Under the pieces are notes generated by a model, which was not told the origin of the DNA, searched no databases, and saw only the letters and a program-made list of their open reading frames with translations. A stretch of 64,000 nucleotides of DNA from an uncultured Chlamydiae bacterium (GTDB taxonomy: Bacteria; Chlamydiota; Chlamydiia; Chlamydiales; JAJFMA01). Numbering within the stretch: position 1 is the first letter of the stretch; every line of letters starts with the position of its first letter. The position numbers were made by a program, and so were the translations under genes. Below, one piece after another: positions 9,042-18,244 of this stretch. The DNA is taken from the NCBI GenBank assembly GCA_963713615.1, contig CAVQMM010000001.1, forward strand, positions 2,784,001 to 2,848,000, in the 5' to 3' direction.

Positions 9042-9773
9042 TTGATCGTCAACCTGTATGGGGAGCTCCTTACCGAGCAATACCTGTGTCGTATATAGAC
9101 TGATGGCTCGTGCAAAAATGACTGCAATAAACATGATACCAATAAACACCTCTAGGAGGGCGAAGGAGCGAGCGTGCTGAGTAAAAGGAATAATGTCGCC
9201 ATAGCCCAAAGTCGTAATCGTACAAAAAGAAAGCCAAAAAAGCTCCGACCATCCTACGTGAGGATTCATCCCAGCAGCAACGATGCGGAAGGAGCCTGGA
9301 CGCACGATTTCCAATACATGAAATAGCGAGGCAAAGGCCAAAGACACCAGGAAGAACAGTGAAGCTACCTGATAGAGCTCGTTAGCTGTAATTTTAAAAG
9401 TATTTACATGGTCCCATGCGAGAAGCCAGACGGCATACAGATAGAGAAAAAAGGAAAACAGCGCCGTTAGGACCTGTACTATAACACTGCATTCTACCCC
9501 TTCACAACGCAACCAGGAGAAGATAATCATAGGGACGCCGAGGAGCATGGTGATGATCAACTGGCGTCGACGAAAACTAACTGCCCAAATAATGGTAGCT
9601 ACGGTGGTGAGATTTAAGAGCTTAAGAACCCAAGAGGGATCATGAGTCACGGGATCTTCTAGGAACGGATATAAGAGGAGAAGTGCCATCAGAGTAGCGA
9701 ACACATACATCCAACGGCGCCGACGCAGTAGTGGCCTGTTGTGTCGCAGCTTTTTAAAATGCCCTTTGAGCAT
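9012..9773 (-). CDS. Potassium channel family protein
   Basis: Selectivity filter TTLGYGD with flanking TM helices. Overlaps the ppdK 3' end convergently by 30 nt. Confidence 0.85.
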   Translation of the reverse strand: MLKGHFKKLRHNRPLLRRRRWMYVFATLMALLLLYPFLEDPVTHDPSWVLKLLNLTTVATIIWAVSFRRRQLIITMLLGVPMIIFSWLRCEGVECSVIVQVLTALFSFFLYLYAVWLLAWDHVNTFKITANELYQVASLFFLVSLAFASLFHVLEIVRPGSFRIVAAGMNPHVGWSELFWLSFCTITTLGYGDIIPFTQHARSFALLEVFIGIMFIAVIFARAISLYTTQVLLGKELPIQVDDQSDKSSSGGG

Positions 9774-9915
9774 ATTTCAAATCCATTTCAATATTTTCAC
9801 TCACCCTTTGTTTTTCACAGTACAACACAGCCCGAAAAGTTCATAAACCTTTTGAAGAAACTTTCATGAATACTTAGGATAGACCCCGATAGTAAGATGC
9901 CATAGGAGGCTATCC

Positions 9916-10041
9916 ATGGAAGCAATCGGGGTGGTCACCCATTTTGAATCCTTTGTTAATCAGCTTGTGATGGATAGGCGCCATGGCGGGAAGATTAGCG
10001 AGGATCTCATACAAGTGAGCCGAATACTACAAGAGATTTAG
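9916..10041 (+). CDS. Possible 41-aa small protein or truncated gene
   Basis: AGGAGG 6 nt before ATG; MEAIGVVTHFESFVNQLVMDRRHGGKISEDLIQVSRILQEI*. The stop coincides with the edge of a palindromic element. Confidence 0.35.
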   Translation: MEAIGVVTHFESFVNQLVMDRRHGGKISEDLIQVSRILQEI

Positions 10042-10277
10042 CCCTCACAATCGTATCTCGGCGCGAAGCGCTTTGGAGTGCGGTCGCTCGCGACCGCTTT
10101 GGATTTGGGCGAAGTTGGCATTGCAAGAAACGTAACCCTTCTCTCTAGGGGTAACTGTGGGGGGGGGGGGCAGCCTCCAAAGAACGGCGCGCGATTCAAT
10201 AGGCTCGCCCAAATCCAAAGCGGTCGCGAGCGACCGCACTCCAAAGCGCTTCGCGCCGAGATACGATTGTGAGGGCT
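10040..10277. repeat. Palindromic element family A, copy 1 (~240 bp)
   Basis: ~73-bp perfect inverted arms AGCCCTCACAATCGTATCTCGGCGCGAAGCGCTTTGGAGTGCGGTCGCTCGCGACCGCTTTGGATTTGGGCGA with an internal GTAACCC..GGGTAAC hairpin. Confidence 0.9.
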
Positions 10278-10285
10278 TCTTCCCA

Positions 10286-12079
10286 TCAGATGTGGCTGCC
10301 TTCTTCTTCGACCATCAGGTGAAGTTCGTTAAGCTGCGCTTCTGCTACAGGACAGGGGCTTTCCATCATCACATCAGCAGCCTTCTGCGTTTTGGGGAAC
10401 GCCACAACATCTCTAATGTTCTCAGTATTAGTCAAAATCATGTTAAGGCGATCTAGGCCCAAAGCGACTCCAAGATGTGGTGGTGTGCCATAACCTAACG
10501 CTCGCACAAAGAAGCCAAACTTGCTTTCAATCTGCGCTGGCGTCAGTTGCAAGATCTCGAAAATCTTCTGCTGCAATTCACTGTCATGAATCCTTTGCGA
10601 ACCTGACGCAATCTCATAACCGTTCAACACCAAGTCATAACTGAGCGATCGTACCTTCAGCGGCTCAGTACCTACTAGGTGGAAGTCATCGAAATTCGGC
10701 GAAGTGAACGGATGATGCTCCGAAACAACACGACCCTCTTCGACATCCCAAGCAAATAGCGGAAATTCCGTGGCCCACAAAAACTCAAAACGGCCAGGCT
10801 CGATAAGGTTTCTATCACGCGCTAGCTTACGTCTCAGATGATCGAGAGATTGATTCGTGCGCTCTTTGCTATCTGCCACGAAGAAGACTAAATCATTCGG
10901 CTCGATGCCCATACGAGTAATGAGCTCTTGCTGCAATTCTTCCGTAAAAAACTTCGCTATGCCACCACTGAGCTGCCCTTCAGAGTGTTTCATGTAGGCG
11001 AGGCCTTTCACACCTAGCTGTCCAACAAACGCCGTATACTCGTCGATGCCTTTACGAGATATGTCAGCACCGCCCTTAACACAGAGGCCTTTGACGCAAT
11101 TACCTACTTTAATCTGCTCTTGGAATACGCCAAAAGCGCATTTATCAGCAATATCGTCGACGCGAATGAGCTCCATGCCAAAACGTAGATCGGGCTTGTC
11201 AGTACCATAACGTTCCACACACTCATGGTAAGGCACTCGACGGAAAGGTGTAGGGAGATCTACACCGATGGTCTCTTTAAAAACATGCTTGCAAAGGCCT
11301 TCAACAATTTCAAAGAGCTCTTCTGTGGTACAAAAACTCAACTCGATATCGATCTGATGAAACTCGGGCTGGCGCTCCGCGCGCAAATCTTCGTCACGAA
11401 AACAGGGAGCGATCTGAAAATAGCGGTCCATGCCACCAACCATCAACAACTGCTTAAATAGCTGTGGGGACTGTGGCAAGGCATAAAAGCTCCCTGGATA
11501 GATCCTTGACGGCACTAGATAATCTCTGGCACCCTCGGGAGTGGACTTTCCTAAAATCGGCGTGGCGATCTCCAAGAAGCCATGTTTGTCGAGGTAGTTA
11601 CGCGTCGCCATCATGGCTTTATGACGAATAACAAGCTTTTGGGCCACATCACCACGACGTAGGTCTAGGTAACGATAGCGTAGGCGCAAATCTTCATTCA
11701 CCTCGACATTTTCATCACAGATAGAAAATGGTGGTGTCTTTGCCTTCGACAATACCGACAGCTGGTGGACAGTGACCTCTATCTCACCTGTGGGAAGGTT
11801 TGGGTTAGCCATTCCCGTGTGTCGAGCCAACACCTTACCTTCAACGCTGATCACCCATTCCGAACGCAATGTTTGTGCGATAGCATGAACTTCAGGGTTC
11901 TTCACCGGATCAAAAACTAACTGTGTGATGCCAAAGCGATCGCGAAGATCGATGAAGATCAGGCCTCCATGGTCGCGAAAGCGATTGACCCATCCCGACA
12001 GGCGAATTGTGCAATCGATATCTTTTTTGCGTAAAGCGCCACAATCATGAGTGCGACGAAATTCTACCATGATTTCCAA
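10286..12079 (-). CDS. aspS: Aspartate--tRNA ligase
   Basis: RTHDCG, RDHGGLIFIDLRD, PEGARDYLVPSR, FRDEDLRAERQPEF and YGTPPH. Confidence 0.98.
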   Translation of the reverse strand: MEIMVEFRRTHDCGALRKKDIDCTIRLSGWVNRFRDHGGLIFIDLRDRFGITQLVFDPVKNPEVHAIAQTLRSEWVISVEGKVLARHTGMANPNLPTGEIEVTVHQLSVLSKAKTPPFSICDENVEVNEDLRLRYRYLDLRRGDVAQKLVIRHKAMMATRNYLDKHGFLEIATPILGKSTPEGARDYLVPSRIYPGSFYALPQSPQLFKQLLMVGGMDRYFQIAPCFRDEDLRAERQPEFHQIDIELSFCTTEELFEIVEGLCKHVFKETIGVDLPTPFRRVPYHECVERYGTDKPDLRFGMELIRVDDIADKCAFGVFQEQIKVGNCVKGLCVKGGADISRKGIDEYTAFVGQLGVKGLAYMKHSEGQLSGGIAKFFTEELQQELITRMGIEPNDLVFFVADSKERTNQSLDHLRRKLARDRNLIEPGRFEFLWATEFPLFAWDVEEGRVVSEHHPFTSPNFDDFHLVGTEPLKVRSLSYDLVLNGYEIASGSQRIHDSELQQKIFEILQLTPAQIESKFGFFVRALGYGTPPHLGVALGLDRLNMILTNTENIRDVVAFPKTQKAADVMMESPCPVAEAQLNELHLMVEEEGSHI

Positions 12080-12086
12080 GCCTGGG

Positions 12087-13370
12087 TTAATTAGCGTTAG
12101 CGGACAGGTAATTTGACAGCTCTTCTAGGATAATGGATACTTTATTACCAGTAGCCATTTCTTTTAATTCAGCTTGTCCAGAGGTGAGTTCGTTCTCTCC
12201 AATGACAGCAACGAACTGTGTTTTGAGCGAATCGGCATAAGACATCACCTTACCGAGTTTCTTGCCTGTGAAGTCCATCTGAGCATTAATTCCATTTCGA
12301 TGAAGTCTTCCCAAGAGGGCAAAACATGCCTTGCGAGCGGCATCGCCCAAAGGAATAATAAAAATCTGTGGCCGTGGCTGCTCTGGAATGGCAATGTTCT
12401 GCCGCAGCATAGTTTGGATAATTCGCTCAATGCCAGTACCAAATCCAAAGCTGGGAAGGTCAGGACCTCCTAAAGCCTTCAACAGGCCATCGTAGCGTCC
12501 ACCACCGCCTATACTATTCTGTGCCCCAAGGTCCTGCGAGACTATCTCAAATACGGTCTGATTGTAGTAGTCGAGGCCGCGTACAAGGGAACTATTGACC
12601 TCGTAGGGAATTCCAATGATGTCTAAACAGTCTTTGACCTCTGTGAAATACTGCTGACTGGCTGGGCTTAAGAAGTCTAAGATGGATGGTGCCTGACGGC
12701 AGAGCTCTTGATCGGCAGGATCTTTTGAATCGAGGATTCGCAACGGATTTGTCTCAAAACGTACTTTGCTGTCGTCTGACAGACGTTCAAGATGGGGGCG
12801 CAGATAATCCCGCAAAGCGTTGCGAAAGTTATCGCGCGAGGTATCATCACCAATTGAATTTAAATAAACCTTAAGATTGCGAAGACCTAGGCGCGTGTAC
12901 ACGGCGTAAAGAAGGTCGATCATTTCTACGTCTTGCTCCGGGACGGAACACCCGATGGCTTCAGCACCAAACTGGTGATGCTGCCGGTAACGACCTGCCT
13001 GAGGCCGGTCATAACGGAACATGGGGCCAATATAAAAGAGCTTGTGAATCGGTGCAGTCGTCTGTAGTTGTGCATTGAGAAAGGCACGCATGACAGGAGC
13101 GGTTCCTTCTGGCCGAAGCGAGAGGGATCTGCCACCTCGATCTTCGAAGGTATACATTTCTTTAGAAACGATATCCGAAGATTCCCCTACACTGCGTTGA
13201 AACAGTTCGGTACGCTCGATAATTGGTGTGCGTATTTCCTGATAGCCATATTGCTGGGCGAGCGAACGCATTACCCCTTCTACATATTGCCATAAGAAGG
13301 AATTGCGCCACGGCTCGCGCTCTTCGCCGGGGATGATATCGAAAACACCTGGGGGCAATTGATATTTCAT
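12087..13370 (-). CDS. hisS: Histidine--tRNA ligase
   Basis: LRPEGTA, FRYDRPQAGRYRQ, VRGLDYY and GGGRYDGL. Confidence 0.98.
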   Translation of the reverse strand: MKYQLPPGVFDIIPGEEREPWRNSFLWQYVEGVMRSLAQQYGYQEIRTPIIERTELFQRSVGESSDIVSKEMYTFEDRGGRSLSLRPEGTAPVMRAFLNAQLQTTAPIHKLFYIGPMFRYDRPQAGRYRQHHQFGAEAIGCSVPEQDVEMIDLLYAVYTRLGLRNLKVYLNSIGDDTSRDNFRNALRDYLRPHLERLSDDSKVRFETNPLRILDSKDPADQELCRQAPSILDFLSPASQQYFTEVKDCLDIIGIPYEVNSSLVRGLDYYNQTVFEIVSQDLGAQNSIGGGGRYDGLLKALGGPDLPSFGFGTGIERIIQTMLRQNIAIPEQPRPQIFIIPLGDAARKACFALLGRLHRNGINAQMDFTGKKLGKVMSYADSLKTQFVAVIGENELTSGQAELKEMATGNKVSIILEELSNYLSANAN

Positions 13371-13448
13371 TTGATGGTAAACGCCTTATAATGAACTAAA
13401 ATTATTGTAATTCTGCGACGACTATCCGTAAAGCAAGAAGTGAGGTGA

Positions 13449-13671
13449 CGGTTCGTGCGAATTAGGAGTAACACGGATGCACTCGGATCTAGGAGGATTT
13501 AGGAGGATTAGGATGGCAAAACGGTCGTTCAGGTTTTTCTCATTTTTTTCAAATTCCATATTCCAACTCCTAAATCCTAATCCTCCTAGATCCGATTGCA
13601 TCCGTGTTGCTCCTAAAAAGCTGAACGAACCGTATTTTCGCGCCTTTGCGTTAAAATTTCGCACGAACCGT
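13449..13671. repeat. Repeat family B inverted pair inside a 14-bp outer IR
   Basis: Arms 13461-13514 and 13568-13616 (AGGAGTAACACGGATGCAC.CGGATCTAGGAGGATTTAGG). Outer IR ACGGTTCGTGCGAA at 13449-13462 and 13658-13671. Confidence 0.8.
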
Positions 13672-16124
13672 TATTCTTCTTCGGAAGGCGTTTTTTGCCT
13701 GATAAGCAAATCAAACTCATGAAGGTAGTAGTCTCGCTGTTCCGGGTCTTCGACTCCTGCGGTCAGCAAGATATTCTGCACACGTACACGATTGTGAGGG
13801 TTAAAAGCACTAGCCGTCAGGGGAGTGGTTGCGCCCAGGATGAGTTGCTCGAGCCTATGAAGAACATTGACCTGAAGTTTGTTATGCAATGTGCGGAGCC
13901 GTTCACTACCGGTAAGCGCAGGCTCCTCAGCCAAAGCTTTGTTAGCGCCAGCAACGGCCGCTTCTAGGGCCGCGAGATCAGGGGCTTGCTGAATTTCCTG
14001 TAGATGTGCAGCAAAGGCATTAGGGCGATCTCCAGGGGGGTCTTCTTGAGCTACAGGCGGAGGCGGCTCAGTCTGTAAGAACTCAACAGGCAGAAAGGCG
14101 CCCAATCCAGCCTTTTGAACTTGTATGATAAACTCATCATGGGACAATAACTTGTCTTCCATGACATTAACTCGATAGGCATCGACAATAGCATGACGGA
14201 TGTCAACCTGCTGCCCTAGATCTACGTCTTCGAGTTCCTGTAAAATGCGATTTGCTACCACAACGAGGTCTGGATTTGGAGTGTTGATATGTTCATCCAC
14301 AAGCTGTAGCAACTGTTGTTTAAAGGGTAGCAGAACCTGTTGTCGATGTTCAGCAATAGCTTTCAAAGACACATTAAGAGACGCTACAAGCGAGGTGGGT
14401 TGTTCGATGGATTCAATGGGCACAGTCTCTTTCGCGGGCTCGACAGGAGTTTCATTGTTCTTGAACTCCGCTTCAACAACGGTAGGCAAGGTCACAGGTG
14501 GTGTATCTTTTGCCGCTTCTGGAACCTCCTTTTCAAGGGCTACAGCGCTCACGACACGTCCATCATGTTCCAGGGTTAACTGAGCGAACGTAATAGGCTC
14601 ATTAGGTATCCACGTTTGCATTAGCTTGATGACCTTATGCGTTGTGGATTGCTCCAGGGATGAATAGAACACAAAATGTGATAGCTTGGCCATATCCGTA
14701 ACGTTTTTCTGGAGCTCCTGAATTTTTTCTTCGCTAAGTGGTGTAGGGCCTGGATTGACAATCTGTGCCATCCCCTCTGTTAGGGGTGTGCTAAACTGAT
14801 AGTATCTGGGGGCGTTATAGACGCGAGTCTCAGCGCCAGGTCTAATTTTATTGAGCCCTTTAGGGGGCAAAAATTCGCGATGCTCAGTATCTGTAGCAAG
14901 TGTCGTCAAACGGATCAGTGAAGCCTGATTCACAAGGTGCGAAACCTCCAAAGCATTGGAGCCTTCCAGGGGCTTGGGATTTGCCAATAAACGGTTGAGT
15001 GAACGTAAATCCGTCGTTTTGTGCAGTTCCATCGTCCTTGAATCGAGCAAAATAGTCTCTCGAGAAAGAAGCCACTGCCATAGGCTTGGTGCAGGCTGTG
15101 CTAGTAGAAGAAACTGTGACAAGTCTCCGCTGGTATAGACACGAAGCATGTAAGGACAATTGGTGAAAGACCCTTGTTTATCTACTGAAATCAATGACGG
15201 ATAATGCGCTGGCAAAACATTGCCTAAGGCTTCTTGTAAAAAGTCGGGGTCCCCCCAATTCTGATTAGGCGGCTTTATTTGATGAATCTGCGCATATGTC
15301 AGAGCCATGGACATGTCGGCAAGACCTTGAGCAGCTATGAATTCTTGCTCATCACTCTTCTCATTAAAGGTAAAGTAGATACCCGATCCCGTAGCGGCGA
15401 GAATGGCGAATAGGACAATAAGAATAGCGAGAAAGGGGCGCCAAAAGGCCCTTCGGGAGACCTCTGCACTAGACATACCACTATCGAAGGTGTTTTCATT
15501 GAAAGCCGCGCGCCGAATGCGTCCTGACTGACGCTCATTCAAAGATCGTGGGGTCCAATGCCGCTGAGTCTTTGTTACTGGTTCGGAGGAGGTCTCATTT
15601 CTCGGCTGAATAGGCATAGAAACGAGGGGTCGTTTGAATGAATTGCCTTTGACAGGGTTTGTTTGTTTGGCCTTCGGCTCTTTATCAAAACCTTCAACCT
15701 CACGAATTAAGGCTTCGACATCGACATCATCACCACTAGACAATTGACTTGTGGAAAGTGATGTTTTCTTCTTGATAGCGTTAGACAAAGCATCCTGAAC
15801 ACTCTCCAAGGGCTGCCCACTAGAAGTGGTTTCGGAATTCCCTTCGAACGTGATCTCTGCCTCAGCAACAGCTAACCTATCACCACTGGCGATTTTCTTC
15901 TTTCCAAAGGGACGACCATTTAATGTGACAAAAGGGTCATTTGCAATATTTTGAACAAAAAAAACCCCTTCCTTTTCGAAGATACGAATGTGCTCCGTTC
16001 GCAGGGAACTCGTATCAAACGGCAAACCAATCAGGTCCGCAGAGCCCGCTCCAAGCAAAACGGAATCTTTATTGAAGACCTTCTCGGACTGCTGCGCACC
16101 AATCTGAAGGGTCAATTTTATCAT
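13671..16124 (-). CDS. Membrane-anchored protein with N-terminal FHA-like domain
   Basis: EHIRIFEKEGVFFVQNIANDPFVTLNG...GDRLAV beta-sandwich pattern and a single TM (FLAILIVLFAILAA). Start at MIKLTL assumed. Confidence 0.7.
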   Translation of the reverse strand: MIKLTLQIGAQQSEKVFNKDSVLLGAGSADLIGLPFDTSSLRTEHIRIFEKEGVFFVQNIANDPFVTLNGRPFGKKKIASGDRLAVAEAEITFEGNSETTSSGQPLESVQDALSNAIKKKTSLSTSQLSSGDDVDVEALIREVEGFDKEPKAKQTNPVKGNSFKRPLVSMPIQPRNETSSEPVTKTQRHWTPRSLNERQSGRIRRAAFNENTFDSGMSSAEVSRRAFWRPFLAILIVLFAILAATGSGIYFTFNEKSDEQEFIAAQGLADMSMALTYAQIHQIKPPNQNWGDPDFLQEALGNVLPAHYPSLISVDKQGSFTNCPYMLRVYTSGDLSQFLLLAQPAPSLWQWLLSRETILLDSRTMELHKTTDLRSLNRLLANPKPLEGSNALEVSHLVNQASLIRLTTLATDTEHREFLPPKGLNKIRPGAETRVYNAPRYYQFSTPLTEGMAQIVNPGPTPLSEEKIQELQKNVTDMAKLSHFVFYSSLEQSTTHKVIKLMQTWIPNEPITFAQLTLEHDGRVVSAVALEKEVPEAAKDTPPVTLPTVVEAEFKNNETPVEPAKETVPIESIEQPTSLVASLNVSLKAIAEHRQQVLLPFKQQLLQLVDEHINTPNPDLVVVANRILQELEDVDLGQQVDIRHAIVDAYRVNVMEDKLLSHDEFIIQVQKAGLGAFLPVEFLQTEPPPPVAQEDPPGDRPNAFAAHLQEIQQAPDLAALEAAVAGANKALAEEPALTGSERLRTLHNKLQVNVLHRLEQLILGATTPLTASAFNPHNRVRVQNILLTAGVEDPEQRDYYLHEFDLLIRQKTPSEEE

Positions 16125-16240
16125 CGATTGTGCCACAAACAAGCTCTAGACTTTAGATTACTAATACGTAATTATATCAGGACTCAGAATATCCTACCAC
16201 TCCTTAGAAGTAGCATGGATACGAACGGTTCGTGTCCCTT

Positions 16241-16445
16241 TTAGGAGTGACACGGATGCACACGGATCGAGGAGGATAGGATTTAAATTAGGATTTAGGA
16301 GTAAACCAATTCTAATTCTTCTTCCTAAACCCATGCTTATTGTTTTAGTTTTGAGGAAGTGTTCTTCTATCCTAAATCCTATCCTTCTAAATCCTCCTAG
16401 ATCCGTGTGCATCCGTGTTACTCCTAAATCCTATCCTAAATCCGT
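16241..16445. repeat. Repeat family B inverted pair
   Basis: TTAGGAGTGACACGGATGCACACGGATCGAGGAGGAT at 16241, with its reverse complement at ~16368-16445. Confidence 0.85.
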
Positions 16446-16447
16446 GG

Positions 16448-18244
16448 CTACTTGAATTGCAGGCGATAGAGCTTCTCATAGATGCCGCGCTGTCGCAACA
16501 GCTGCTCATGCGTGCCTTCTTCAGCCACTTTCCCTTGAGACATGACCATGATGCGGTGAGCGTGCTGAATGGTAGACAAGCGGTGCGCGATAACGACGGC
16601 AGTCTTTTCCTCTAAGATTTTATTCATCGCCGTCTGAATCTTGCGTTCGCTAGCAGTGTCGATGTTGGCCGTTGCTTCATCGAGGATGTAAACACTTCCA
16701 TTGTGAGCGACGGCCCGCGCCAAGGTGATCAGCTGGCCTTCGCCAGCCGAAAGACCACTTCCTCCACCCGAAATGATTTGTTGCATGCGCATGGGACTTT
16801 TTTCAACGACTGGCTGAAGGTTGACGTACGTCGCGGCACGATCGATCATTTCCTGGGTTACTGAGGGACTATCCATGGCGATATTCTCAGCCAGTGTGCC
16901 GCTGAATAGAATGGGGTCTTGTGGAACAACACTGAACTGACGCCGTAAGGACTGAAGGGAATAGTCTTTGATGTCTCGGCCATTGATTTTTATAGAACCT
17001 TTTTTGATATCGTATAGCCGAAGCAGAAGACCGATTACCGTCGTCTTGCCTGCTCCTGTGGTTCCTACAATCGCTAAGGATTCGCCTTTTTGTACTGTGA
17101 ACGACAATCCATGCAAAATCCAGTTGTCAGCTTGATAGGCAAACCAGACATCTTCAAAAGAAATCGTATGGATATCACCAAGCTCTTCACCGACTCCATA
17201 GGGCTCTCGTTCTCGATCTAAGATATCAAAAATCCGCTCTCCGGCAGCGACAGCGGATTGCAGAACATTGTAACGTTCGGCAAGGTCTGAGATCGGCCTG
17301 AAGACCATCAGCGCATAGAGACTGAAGGTAAAGAACAGCCCGGCATCGAAAATTCCCGGATTTATCGCTAAGGCCATCAAAGTAGCGAAAATCATGACCA
17401 GAACGAGGTTATGCAAAAATTCGATCCCGGCGATAAACACAGCAAGGTTTTCGATACTCTCCAAGTTGGCTGTGCAGTAGTCGCTATTAATTTCTTCAAA
17501 TTCCACCCTCTCACGTTTATGAGAACCAAAGACCCATATGGTGGATACGCCCATAAGACGCTCTTGAACAAAACCGTTTAGAGCCGAGACAATAGCACGA
17601 AGTAATTCAAAGCAACGCCGCTGATTACGCCGAAACTGATGCGTCAGCCACCAAAGAAGGGGGACAACGGTCAAAGTGATGAGAGATACCTGCCAGCTGA
17701 GATAGGTCACGGCTCCCATAATACCCGCCAACAAAAGCACGTTTCCCATGATCGGTACGATACTCTCGGAATAGAGTTGATTGATTTGTTCTACATCATG
17801 GATTGTCCTGCTCATCAATCGTCCCACCGACTGTCCATCGAAAAATGAGATGGGCATTCTTTGAATAGCATCATAGATCTCTGATCGCAAAGAAAGCAGA
17901 GCTCGCTGACCCACCCAGTTTTTCACTAAGACATTTACAGCATCGAAGACATATCCTAGAGCCAAAAGGGCCGCTAAACCTATACCCCAATGAACTAATT
18001 CCATCGGAAATACTTTCTCAGACATCAGCTGCACAGGTCCAAGGATTTCCTGAGCAAGCTTACCGATAAGTATTGGCACGACAGCTTCAACTGTCTTCGC
18101 CAGCACCAGCAACACCACGGACAAACCAATCAGGATGCGATAGTCCGATAGATAGCCTAGCAGGCGTCGGAAGATGGTGAAGTCTACTCCTTTAAAACTC
18201 ACCTTCTCACGGTCATAGGAGCGTCGATAGGGAGGCAGTTTCAT
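16448..18244 (-). CDS. ABC exporter, fused permease/ATPase (MdlB/YheH-like half)
   Basis: TM domain, GTTGAGKT, degenerate signature LSAGEGQ, ILDEATA and IAHR. Confidence 0.92.
   Translation of the reverse strand: MKLPPYRRSYDREKVSFKGVDFTIFRRLLGYLSDYRILIGLSVVLLVLAKTVEAVVPILIGKLAQEILGPVQLMSEKVFPMELVHWGIGLAALLALGYVFDAVNVLVKNWVGQRALLSLRSEIYDAIQRMPISFFDGQSVGRLMSRTIHDVEQINQLYSESIVPIMGNVLLLAGIMGAVTYLSWQVSLITLTVVPLLWWLTHQFRRNQRRCFELLRAIVSALNGFVQERLMGVSTIWVFGSHKRERVEFEEINSDYCTANLESIENLAVFIAGIEFLHNLVLVMIFATLMALAINPGIFDAGLFFTFSLYALMVFRPISDLAERYNVLQSAVAAGERIFDILDREREPYGVGEELGDIHTISFEDVWFAYQADNWILHGLSFTVQKGESLAIVGTTGAGKTTVIGLLLRLYDIKKGSIKINGRDIKDYSLQSLRRQFSVVPQDPILFSGTLAENIAMDSPSVTQEMIDRAATYVNLQPVVEKSPMRMQQIISGGGSGLSAGEGQLITLARAVAHNGSVYILDEATANIDTASERKIQTAMNKILEEKTAVVIAHRLSTIQHAHRIMVMSQGKVAEEGTHEQLLRQRGIYEKLYRLQFK

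Noticed and set aside
10038..10456. Short ORFs here and at 23008-23302, 57037-57246, 13422-13722, 16194-16412 and 43077-43582
   Set aside because: They are translations of palindromic repeats, giving the same peptide on both strands.
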